A stretch of DNA of 59,008 nucleotides, counting the filler. It is 5 parts of 5 records of this genome, joined end to end, with 100 filler letters (N's around TTAATTAATTAA, not from the genome) between each part and the next. Parts side by side here need not be neighbours in the genome. Positions count along the whole stretch, not along the records: positions 1 to 19,615 come from DRR723986_19937; 4 more parts are not named here. The stretch is one strand, 5' to 3'. The position numbers and the translations under genes are program-made. The notes under the pieces were generated by a model that was not told the origin of the DNA, made no database searches, and saw nothing but the letters and a program-made list of their open reading frames with translations. Positions 1-8,514 of the stretch are shown one piece after another; the stretch's first letter is position 1, and the number at the start of each line of letters is the position of its first letter.

Positions 1-1
1 A

Positions 2-610
2 GTTGAGTTTATTAATTAAAGGAACTTTGCTGCTAATTTTATTTCTCCTTTTTTAAATGAAATAAAAGTTCCTAACCCAGTTTTAGTTTTTGGCCTTTCA
101 GCATTGAATAATTTCTCTTAAGTAAATATTACATTCTTCAATCTTGAGCATCAAGATGAAATGCTAGAATTAGTTAAATCCGAGTCTTTTAGAAATGCTC
201 TTATTTCAACAAATAGGCAAAATGAGTTAATCCATGTTTTTATTTCTGAATACATGGATGATATTAAATTCAATATGAAATCCATTAAAGACTATGAGTC
301 AGATGTAAAGTTGTTTTATAATAATGTAGGTGTTTTAGGGTCGGCAACTGCGAATGGATGGGAAAAGAGTATACCAATGACGCTTATTGATCCAAAACTA
401 AACATTTGGGAGATAAATATAGAACTAAACAAAGGAGCTGTGAAATTTAGAACCAACGAAAGCTGGACTACCAATTGGGGAGGAGACACATTCCCAAAAG
501 GCACTTGTATTTATTTTGGGAATAATATAGAAGTAAAAGAAGCTGGGAATTACAACATTAGACTAGATTTATTAAAAAAGACATATCAATTTATACCTGT
601 AAGCGAATGA
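2..610 (+). pseudogene. 3' part of a probable DUF6090-type gene with a C-terminal SusE/SusF-like carbohydrate-binding module; 5' end missing, in-frame stops
   Basis: ORF 161-610 ends in a SusE/F-like module (VGVLGSATANGW...VKFRTNESWTTNWGG...GNYNIRLD). The same frame upstream reads like protein but has TAA at 17-19 and 119-121. Its stop overlaps the next ATG (ATGA 607-610). Confidence 0.55.
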
Positions 611-1341
611 TTAAATTCTTCAGACACATTCGTAAATCACTAATCCAAAAAAATCAGATGGGAAAGTACTTTAAATACGCTATCGGTGAAATACTACTAG
701 TGGTAATTGGAATTTTAATAGCATTACAGATTAACAATTAGAATGAAAATAGAAAAAAAATCATTAAAAAACGAATACAAAACAGCCTTGATTAATGATT
801 ACACAAAAGATACCTTACAACTTAATGCAAGACTATTAAGTAATAAACAAAGGTTAACAAAATTAGACAGTTTAGGGACAAATTTTGAAGAAGTGCATTA
901 TCGAATAGAAGATTATATAGATATTCTTCTCAATGAAATCGGTGGTATTAGAGTTACTAATATTTATAATACTAATAGTTTTAATTTACTTATATCTGGT
1001 GGCAATATAGACTTGTTAGAGAAATCTTTACGTACAGAACTCATGGAGCTCAATAGACTTCAAAATTATGAGAATACAGTACAAAATGGTAATAAAGATT
1101 ATCTATTTAGATTCATGGAAGAAATAAGCTTAAAGTACCCTTCTTATGGCCACCCATATAACGACGACATGACTTCAAAACTATTATGGAAAAATGTAAA
1201 GTTAGAGGATATATCAAAAGATGTTACAGCTTTAATTAGTCAAGAATATTATACATTGAGTCGGTATATTGAGCTGTCAGAGAGAGAGTTCTTCATCAGA
1301 CTGAATTGGTTTTAAAAATGTTAAATCAAGAAAATGATTAA
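607..1341 (+). pseudogene. DUF6090-family gene disrupted by one nonsense codon and two frameshifts
   Basis: From 607 it reads MIKFFRHIRKSLIQKNQMGKYFKYAIGEILLVVIGILIALQINN*NENRK, with TAG at 739-741 where W is expected. A +1 shift in the A8 run (753-760) joins ORF 743-1315. A +2 shift in (AG)5 at 1279-1288 restores ...ERVLHQTELVLKMLNQEND* ending at 1341. Confidence 0.8.
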
Positions 1342-1471
1342 ATTCTTCCGCCATATTCGTCGTTCATTAATCCAAACAACTGTTTTGTCATTCCTGCGAA
1401 GGCAGGAATCCACTATGAATCAAAACAGAATTATTAGTTCAAAACTTCTCAATAAAATTTCACTTCATTAA
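1334..1471 (+). pseudogene. 5' remnant of a third DUF6090-type gene containing a palindromic element
   Basis: MIKFFRHIRRSLIQTTVLSFLRRQESTMNQN...*; the first ~43 nt closely repeat 607-649. Confidence 0.65.
1387..1411. repeat. Short palindromic REP/RPE-like element GTCATTCCTGCGAAGGCAGGAATCC
   Basis: Perfect 8-bp stem ATTCCTGC/GCAGGAAT with GAAG loop; matches the widespread GTCATTCCCGCGAAGGCGGGAATCC repeat type. Confidence 0.8.
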
Positions 1472-1616
1472 AACAACTCAAAGTCACATTTCTTAACTTT
1501 AAGAACAATTTAACAACAGCCCAAAATCTAAACCAATAAAAACTGGCGTACTTATTTAACAAGAAAGTACCTACCTCTCTTTTTTAAGTCGAAGTTTTAC
1601 CACTAAATCCATCAAC

Positions 1617-4600
1617 ATGAAAATCAAAAAGCACCTTGCCTTCCTAGCTCTAATTGTAATCGCTATTTCATGTAAAAAAAAGCCTATAGAAACGGATAAT
1701 ATCTTTAAGTATAGAGATTATATAAGCTATACAACATCTGGAGTCGTTTCGGTACAATCACCAATTAAGATTAATCTTGCAGAGGAAGTTGAAGGCTGGG
1801 AAGCAGAGCAAGAGCTTGATGCTAGTTTAATTAAAACACAACCACATATTCAAGGTACTCTAAAAACACTCAATAAACACACACTTTTATTTACACCAGA
1901 TGAAGCACTAGAACCTGCAACAGCTTATGGTGTTACTGTAAAACTTGGTGACATTTATAAAGACATTCCTCAAGAATTTAGTAACTACACCTTTGAGTTT
2001 AAAACCATAACTCCAAGCTTCACCATTATGATCAACAATTTGCAATCCTACAGCAAGGAATGGCAATATGTCCTAGGTCAATTGTGCTCTTCAGACGTGA
2101 TTACTTTAGAAGAAGCTAAGCAATTAGTCACTGCAAAACAGTATAAAAAAGACTTAACTATTGTTTGGTTAGAAGAACCAAAACCTTCAAAATATTTTGA
2201 GTTTAGAATAGACAGTATTAAGCGTGAGATAGAAGATAGTAAAATTGACATTACTTGGAATGGCAAAACCATTAAAGCCGAAAATAAAGGCGAGAACTTT
2301 ATTACCATTCCTGGTAAAAACAACTTTAGTATTGTAGAAACACATGTGTATCAAAACCCAGAGCAATACCTGTCACTTAACTTTTCAGATCCTCTAAAAA
2401 AGCAACAAAACTTTGCTGGTTTAGTAACTATTGAAAATGTAAAAAACCCAAGATATATTGTCGATGGTAATGTATTAAAGGTATATCCAGACAATAAATT
2501 AGTAGGTGACATAAGGGTTGATGTCTTTACTGGCATTAAAAACACCGACGGTTTTAAACTCAAAAATCCGTTTACACAAACACTAACCTTTGAAGAACTA
2601 AAGCCACAAGTCCGTTTAATTAGTAATGGCTCTATTTTACCAAATTCATCCGATTTAAAATTCAATTTCGAAGCTGTTAATCTCAGTAAAGTCGATGTAC
2701 GCGTCATCAAAATTTTTGAAGACAATGTGCTACAGTTCCTTCAGGAAAACAACATGAACAGCAACAACGAATACCATATAAAACATGTTGGTCGTCGCAT
2801 TGCAAAAGAAACGATTACTTTAATACAAGACGCCTCTCAAAACACAGGAAAGTGGAAAGCCTACAGTATTGATTTATCAAAATATTTACAAGCAGATCCT
2901 GGTGCTATTTATCGTGTGGAATTGAGTTATAAAAAAGACTATTCGCTATACGATTGTTCATCTAAATCCGAAACTACAGAAGTTGATGAAGACGATTACT
3001 ATGATGACTACTACGACGATTATTACGAAGAAGATTTTTACGCTTCTGATGACATTTCTGAAGAAGAGCAAGAGTTGAGAGAAGAGCGTTATTGGGATAA
3101 CCTAAGCTACAGCTATAGAAACACCAATTACAGATATAGAGATCGCGATAATCCATGTACCGATTCGTACTTTAACTATGGTAGCAGAACAGTATCAATT
3201 AACTTAATTGGTTCTAATCTTGGTGTTATCGCTAAGCAAGGCAATGACAATACCTACTTCTTTGCGATAACTAATATTCTGTCTACAAATCCTGAAGCAA
3301 GTGCCTCAGTGACTTTATATAACTACCAACAACAGGAACTCGCTAAAGGTAATACAAACAGCGAAGGCATCATAGAACTCGATACTAAAAAACGTGCAGC
3401 TTTTGCCATCGTTTCTAAAGGTAAAAATGTAAGCTATGTACGTTTGTTTGATGGTAATTCTTTATCCCTTAGTAAGTTCGATGTCTCAGGTAATCGCTTA
3501 CAACGTGGTCTAAAAGGTTACATATATGGAGAGCGTGGTGTTTGGAGACCTGGTGATAGTTTATTCTTAACCTTTGTACTAAATGATAAGGCGAATAAGT
3601 TACCTAAACGTCATCCTGTAAAACTAGAAATCACTGATCCTGTTGGTAAATTAGTTTACCGAAAAGTGTCTGTAGATAATATCAATAATTTCTACGATTT
3701 TAAAGTCCCTACGTCTTCAGATTATAAAACAGGAAACTACAATGCCAAGGTATCTGTTGGTGGAGCCAATTTTACTAAAAACCTAAAAGTTGAAACGGTT
3801 AAACCCAACCGTCTCAAAATTAAAATGGACTTTAAAGCGAAGGTTTTAAAAGTTAAAGAAACTTTAGAAGTCGATTTAAATGTAACGTGGCTACATGGTG
3901 CACCAGCAAAGAATTTAAAAGCAGAAGTCAAGGCAAAATTTACTACAGCCTATACAAGTTTTAAGGGCTACAAGAACTACGTTTTTAACGACCCAACAAA
4001 GAATTTTAATACTGAAGAAACCAATGTGTTTGAAGGCAATTTAGATGCTAACGGAAATGCTAAAGTAGATTCAGAATTGAACATTGGACATAATGCTCCA
4101 GGTATGCTGAATGCGCAATTCTTAGTCAGAGCTTTTGAAAATGGTGGTGATTTTTCTCTTGATGCTTTCACGATACCTTATGCACCTTACGAGAGTTTTA
4201 TAGGGTTGCAATCACCTAAAGGCAACAACTATGGTTCATTCTATACAGATGAAAATCACACCTTTGATATTGCCACAGTAACTGCGGATGGTAAACCGAT
4301 TCAACGCAATAATTTAGTGGTAAAAGTTTATCGCATCGAATGGCGTTGGTGGTGGAATTCATCTTACGATAATCTGTCTAGCTATGTCTCCAGTAGTTAC
4401 CACAGACCTGTACAGCAATATTCTATTAATACTGATGCCAAAGGAAAGGCAAGTTTTAAAGTTAATATTCCAGAAAATGAAAGAGGTCGTTATTTAATTA
4501 GAGTGTTCGATCCTGCAAGTGGACATGCTACAGGACGTACGGCTTATTTCTATAAAAACTGGTGGTCTAACTCATCTTCAGGTGATAAAGAAGCTGCTAA

Positions 4601-7205
4601 AATGTTAGTCTTCTCCACAGATAAAGAAAACTATAATGTTGGTGATACGGCCAAATTAACCTTCCCTTCTGGTACTGAAGGTAGAGCCTTAGTAAGTATA
4701 GAAAACGGCACTGAAGTATTACAATACCAATGGGTAAAAACCAAGCAAGGAGAAACTACGATTGATATTCCTGTGACGGCTAAAATGGCACCAAACGTAT
4801 TTATTAATATTTCATTATTACAACCACATGCTATAACCTCAAATGATTTACCGATTCGTTTGTATGGTTTGATTCCTATGATGGTAGAAAATCCTGAGAC
4901 AAAATTAGAGCCTCAAATCAGTATGCCAGATGTGATCAAACCAGAGCAATCTTATGAAATCAAAGTCTCAGAAAAGAACAGCAAGGCAATGACGTACACC
5001 ATTGCTGTGGTTGAAGAAGGACTGTTAGATTTAACACGATTTAAAACACCAAACGCTTGGAATAACTTTTACGCTCGTGAAGCCTTAGGCGTAAAAACTT
5101 GGGATATTTTCGATGATGTTATTGGAGCATACTCTGGTAGCATTGACCAAGTGTTCGCTATTGGTGGAGATGGAGCTGCAGCTAAAGGCAAGAATAAAAA
5201 AGCGAATCGTTTTAAACCTGTAGTGACGTATTTAGGGCCATTCTTATTAAATGAAGGACAGACCAATACACATCAACTCAAAATGCCAAATTATGTGGGT
5301 GCTGTACGTACCATGGTTGTGGCAGGCAATAACAATAATGAAGCTTATGGCAGTGCTGAAAAATCAGTGAAGGTTAAAAAACCATTAATGGTTCTGGCGA
5401 CTTTACCAAGGAAGTTGAGTCCAGGTGAAAAAGTGACACTACCAGTTACCGTTTTCGCCATGGAAGACAAAGTAAAAAACGTGAATCTATCCGTAAATCT
5501 TAGTGATGGGATTACGATAAAAGGAAACAGAACACAATCATTAAAATTCAGCAAACCAGATGAGAAAATGGTGTATTTTGAGTTGGATGTGACCAAAGCC
5601 AAAGGCATCAACACCATTGAAGTTGTTGCTACCGGAAATGGAGAGAAGTCCACTTATAAAGTTGAAATTGATGTAGAGAATCCTAATCCAATGACCTCTC
5701 GAGTGATTGATAAGGAATTACAAGCCAATAGCAATCAAACGATAGATTTTTCAACCTTTGGAGTACCAGGAAGTAACCATGCAACAGTAGAGTTTTCAAC
5801 CTTGCCACCAATGGACTTCTCAAAACGTATGGAATACCTTATTCGTTATCCTCATGGTTGTGTTGAGCAAACGACCTCTAGTATATTTCCACAATTGTAC
5901 TTAGCTGATGTATTCGATTTAACAGATAAAAAGAAAAAGGAAGTGCAGCGCAATATTGAAATTGCTATTAGCAAGTTAGGTCGTTTTCAGAATGCTACTG
6001 GTGGATTAGGCTATTGGATGGGTGAAAATTCAGTTAATGATTGGGGAACAAGTTATGCTGGTCATTTTATGATTGAAGCTGAGAAAAAAGGCTTCGTTTT
6101 ACCACTAAGTTTTAAAAACAATTGGATTAATTATCAAAGACAAGCAGCTCGTAATTGGCGACCAAGCTATAGAAACCGAAATAGTGATTTTGCTCAGGCG
6201 TATCGCTTGTATACTTTGGCCTTAGCTGGAAGTCCTGATTTAGCAAGTATGAATAGATTACGTGAGTTTGAAGAAATTTCTAACAATGCAAAATGGAGAT
6301 TGGCAGCTGCTTATGCCTTAGCAGGTCAAAAAGAAGCTAGCGATGCGATTTCACAATCAGCTAATATCGATTTTGTTGCAGATGAAGCAGACAACTACAC
6401 CTATGGTTCCATATATAGAAATAGAGCTATGGCACTTGAAACAATGCTATTAACCAATCATCCTAAAAAGACAGACTTAGCTAAGAGTATTGCTAAATCC
6501 TTATCTAGTGATCGTTGGATGAGCACACAAACCACAGCTTATAATCTTTTGGCTCTAGGAAAGATGATAAAGCAAAATGGTGGTAAAGATCTAAAGGTTA
6601 ACTACACTATTAATGGTAAAACAGAAACTATCGATACCAAAAATGGAATTGCACAACGTAATATTCCAGTAAATGATGGAGCTAATAAAATAAGCATCTC
6701 AAACGGAAAAGATAATCTGGTTTATGTGCGCATTTTAAATTCTGGAAGATTAAAACTAGGAGAGGAATTAGCAGAACAACGTGGATTCTCCATCTCAACA
6801 GTGTATAAAGATTTAAAAGGCAACAAGATTGATGTTACTAAGTTACAACAAGGTCAGGATTTTGTGGCAACGGTTAGTATTTCTAATTTAACGAGAGATT
6901 ATGTTAATGATGTGGCATTGACGCAGATTTTTCCATCAGGTTGGGATATCGTCAACACACGTTTTACAGACTTTGGAGATACTACGGTTAGTCAAGCCAG
7001 ATTTACAGGTATACGAGACGACCGTGTGAACTTCTATTTTGACATGAGTAGAAAAGGCAAGTACGGCACAAAGACCTTTACTGTAATGTTAAATGCATCT
7101 TATTTAGGTACCTATTACTTGCCAGGAGCACAAGCTGAAGCGATGTACGATAATGATGATTATCTCGTAAGAAATAAAGGCCAATGGGTCACTGTAGAAA
7201 AATAA
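1617..7205 (+). CDS. Bacterial alpha-2-macroglobulin (YfhM-like) lipoprotein
   Basis: 1862 aa; lipobox IAISC; MG-domain motif ERGVWRPGD; thioester motif YPHGCVEQ; C-terminal IRDDRV and AEAMYD; pbpC on the same contig. Confidence 0.95.
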   Translation: MKIKKHLAFLALIVIAISCKKKPIETDNIFKYRDYISYTTSGVVSVQSPIKINLAEEVEGWEAEQELDASLIKTQPHIQGTLKTLNKHTLLFTPDEALEPATAYGVTVKLGDIYKDIPQEFSNYTFEFKTITPSFTIMINNLQSYSKEWQYVLGQLCSSDVITLEEAKQLVTAKQYKKDLTIVWLEEPKPSKYFEFRIDSIKREIEDSKIDITWNGKTIKAENKGENFITIPGKNNFSIVETHVYQNPEQYLSLNFSDPLKKQQNFAGLVTIENVKNPRYIVDGNVLKVYPDNKLVGDIRVDVFTGIKNTDGFKLKNPFTQTLTFEELKPQVRLISNGSILPNSSDLKFNFEAVNLSKVDVRVIKIFEDNVLQFLQENNMNSNNEYHIKHVGRRIAKETITLIQDASQNTGKWKAYSIDLSKYLQADPGAIYRVELSYKKDYSLYDCSSKSETTEVDEDDYYDDYYDDYYEEDFYASDDISEEEQELREERYWDNLSYSYRNTNYRYRDRDNPCTDSYFNYGSRTVSINLIGSNLGVIAKQGNDNTYFFAITNILSTNPEASASVTLYNYQQQELAKGNTNSEGIIELDTKKRAAFAIVSKGKNVSYVRLFDGNSLSLSKFDVSGNRLQRGLKGYIYGERGVWRPGDSLFLTFVLNDKANKLPKRHPVKLEITDPVGKLVYRKVSVDNINNFYDFKVPTSSDYKTGNYNAKVSVGGANFTKNLKVETVKPNRLKIKMDFKAKVLKVKETLEVDLNVTWLHGAPAKNLKAEVKAKFTTAYTSFKGYKNYVFNDPTKNFNTEETNVFEGNLDANGNAKVDSELNIGHNAPGMLNAQFLVRAFENGGDFSLDAFTIPYAPYESFIGLQSPKGNNYGSFYTDENHTFDIATVTADGKPIQRNNLVVKVYRIEWRWWWNSSYDNLSSYVSSSYHRPVQQYSINTDAKGKASFKVNIPENERGRYLIRVFDPASGHATGRTAYFYKNWWSNSSSGDKEAAKMLVFSTDKENYNVGDTAKLTFPSGTEGRALVSIENGTEVLQYQWVKTKQGETTIDIPVTAKMAPNVFINISLLQPHAITSNDLPIRLYGLIPMMVENPETKLEPQISMPDVIKPEQSYEIKVSEKNSKAMTYTIAVVEEGLLDLTRFKTPNAWNNFYAREALGVKTWDIFDDVIGAYSGSIDQVFAIGGDGAAAKGKNKKANRFKPVVTYLGPFLLNEGQTNTHQLKMPNYVGAVRTMVVAGNNNNEAYGSAEKSVKVKKPLMVLATLPRKLSPGEKVTLPVTVFAMEDKVKNVNLSVNLSDGITIKGNRTQSLKFSKPDEKMVYFELDVTKAKGINTIEVVATGNGEKSTYKVEIDVENPNPMTSRVIDKELQANSNQTIDFSTFGVPGSNHATVEFSTLPPMDFSKRMEYLIRYPHGCVEQTTSSIFPQLYLADVFDLTDKKKKEVQRNIEIAISKLGRFQNATGGLGYWMGENSVNDWGTSYAGHFMIEAEKKGFVLPLSFKNNWINYQRQAARNWRPSYRNRNSDFAQAYRLYTLALAGSPDLASMNRLREFEEISNNAKWRLAAAYALAGQKEASDAISQSANIDFVADEADNYTYGSIYRNRAMALETMLLTNHPKKTDLAKSIAKSLSSDRWMSTQTTAYNLLALGKMIKQNGGKDLKVNYTINGKTETIDTKNGIAQRNIPVNDGANKISISNGKDNLVYVRILNSGRLKLGEELAEQRGFSISTVYKDLKGNKIDVTKLQQGQDFVATVSISNLTRDYVNDVALTQIFPSGWDIVNTRFTDFGDTTVSQARFTGIRDDRVNFYFDMSRKGKYGTKTFTVMLNASYLGTYYLPGAQAEAMYDNDDYLVRNKGQWVTVEK

Positions 7206-7299
7206 AGAACTAAAACATAAACTAAACTCTTGTCGGTCGACAGGCAAGATTCCTAAGAAAAACAAACCGCTAAAATGTTTAACTTAAAAACAAGAAATT

Positions 7300-8151
7300 A
7301 TGAACTATTTAAAAAAGATTTTAGCGATCGCATTAGTATTCAATGCAGTAATTGCAACAGCACAGCAAAACGCCTATGTGGCAGCTGAAAGTGGATTATC
7401 TCTTAGAGATCAACCTGACGTCAGTGGAAAAATGTTGACCAAATTAGCCTATGGCGAAGTGATTGGTGTCTTGGAAGAAACCGATAAAAATTTGGTGGTC
7501 CTAGATGGTGGAGAAAAAATTAGCGGAAAATGGGTAAAGGTTGAAACCAGAAACCACATTGGTTACGTTTTCAATGGCTATTTATCGCCAAATAAAATAG
7601 CTCGCACAATTCGAGTTACACTTAATAATCTCAATGTAGAAATTAAAAACTTAGCAACGAGTGACTATAAAAGGTTACATCGATTAAAAGAAGATGAGTC
7701 AATTACAATTAATGTAGATGAAAGCGATTCACCAGAAGGTAAAGAAATTGTTCTAATCGATAATGACTACAAGCAAGTTAGCATGTTTCAACAATACGAA
7801 AACAGCTTCTCTTTTATGAGTTCTGATGCCAATTGCAACACTAATGAGTGGAAACAATATGATACTGAATGGAAGCCATTGAAGCAATTAAAATCAAATA
7901 CTTTTGAGACTTTGGCCTATACTGAAAAGGATTGGATTACTTTTATAGAAACGGCAACGAGAGATTTAAAAGATGATGTTGTTGATAAATGCGGTGAAGA
8001 CTGGCTAGCTTATGTAAAAACCATTGATAATATTAAGGATTTTCCAGTTAGTGTTTCTACGAATCGTGTTTTTATTAAATTTATATTGACAGATTTTGAA
8101 GATAAGGTCACAGAAAAAATCATAGAATTTGAAATACCAGAAGGCTCATAA
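7300..8151 (+). CDS. Secreted SH3b-domain protein
   Basis: Signal peptide ending AQQ; SH3b motif AESGLSLRDQP...KLAYGE...WVKV...GYVFNGYL. Confidence 0.8.
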   Translation: MNYLKKILAIALVFNAVIATAQQNAYVAAESGLSLRDQPDVSGKMLTKLAYGEVIGVLEETDKNLVVLDGGEKISGKWVKVETRNHIGYVFNGYLSPNKIARTIRVTLNNLNVEIKNLATSDYKRLHRLKEDESITINVDESDSPEGKEIVLIDNDYKQVSMFQQYENSFSFMSSDANCNTNEWKQYDTEWKPLKQLKSNTFETLAYTEKDWITFIETATRDLKDDVVDKCGEDWLAYVKTIDNIKDFPVSVSTNRVFIKFILTDFEDKVTEKIIEFEIPEGS

Positions 8152-8154
8152 ACA

Positions 8155-8514
8155 ATGAAAAACTTTAAACCATACTTTGCTGTAATATTTACATCAACAC
8201 AGACAGAATATACCGAAGGTTATGCTGAAATGGCTGAAAAAATGGAATCTTTAGCCAAACAACAAAAAGGTTATCTAGGTATTGATAGTGCAAGAAACGA
8301 CACTTCGACTGTGCTTCGACAAGCTCAGCATAGCAAGCTCAATGCAGGTGTAGGTATTACAGTGAGTTATTGGGAAAGTTTAGATGCCATTAAAAACTGG
8401 AAAGTCAATTCTGCGCACTTATTTGCCCAACAAAAAGGACGTGAGCAATGGTACAATTGGTATAATGTAAGAATATGTAAAATTGAACGTGAGTATGAGT
8501 TTAAACTAGATTAA
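8155..8514 (+). CDS. Antibiotic-biosynthesis-monooxygenase (ABM) family protein with an in-frame palindromic insertion
   Basis: YFAVIFTS...GYLGIDSAR...GITVSYWESLDAIKNWK...H..AQ..GR..WY pattern; extra TSTVLRQAQHSKLNAG segment. Confidence 0.85.
   Translation: MKNFKPYFAVIFTSTQTEYTEGYAEMAEKMESLAKQQKGYLGIDSARNDTSTVLRQAQHSKLNAGVGITVSYWESLDAIKNWKVNSAHLFAQQKGREQWYNWYNVRICKIEREYEFKLD
8302..8349. repeat. Nested CTTCGAC...GCTCA palindromic elements, in frame (48 nt)
   Basis: ACTTCGACT-[GTGCTTCGACAAGCTCAGCATAGC]-AAGCTCAATGCAGGT contains two CTTCGAC and two AAGCTCA copies. Confidence 0.7.

Noticed and set aside
17-741. In-frame stops in the DUF6090-type genes as stop-codon reassignment
   Set aside because: Neighbouring long genes are uninterrupted in the standard code and end in TAA or TAG; accompanying frameshifts indicate decay.
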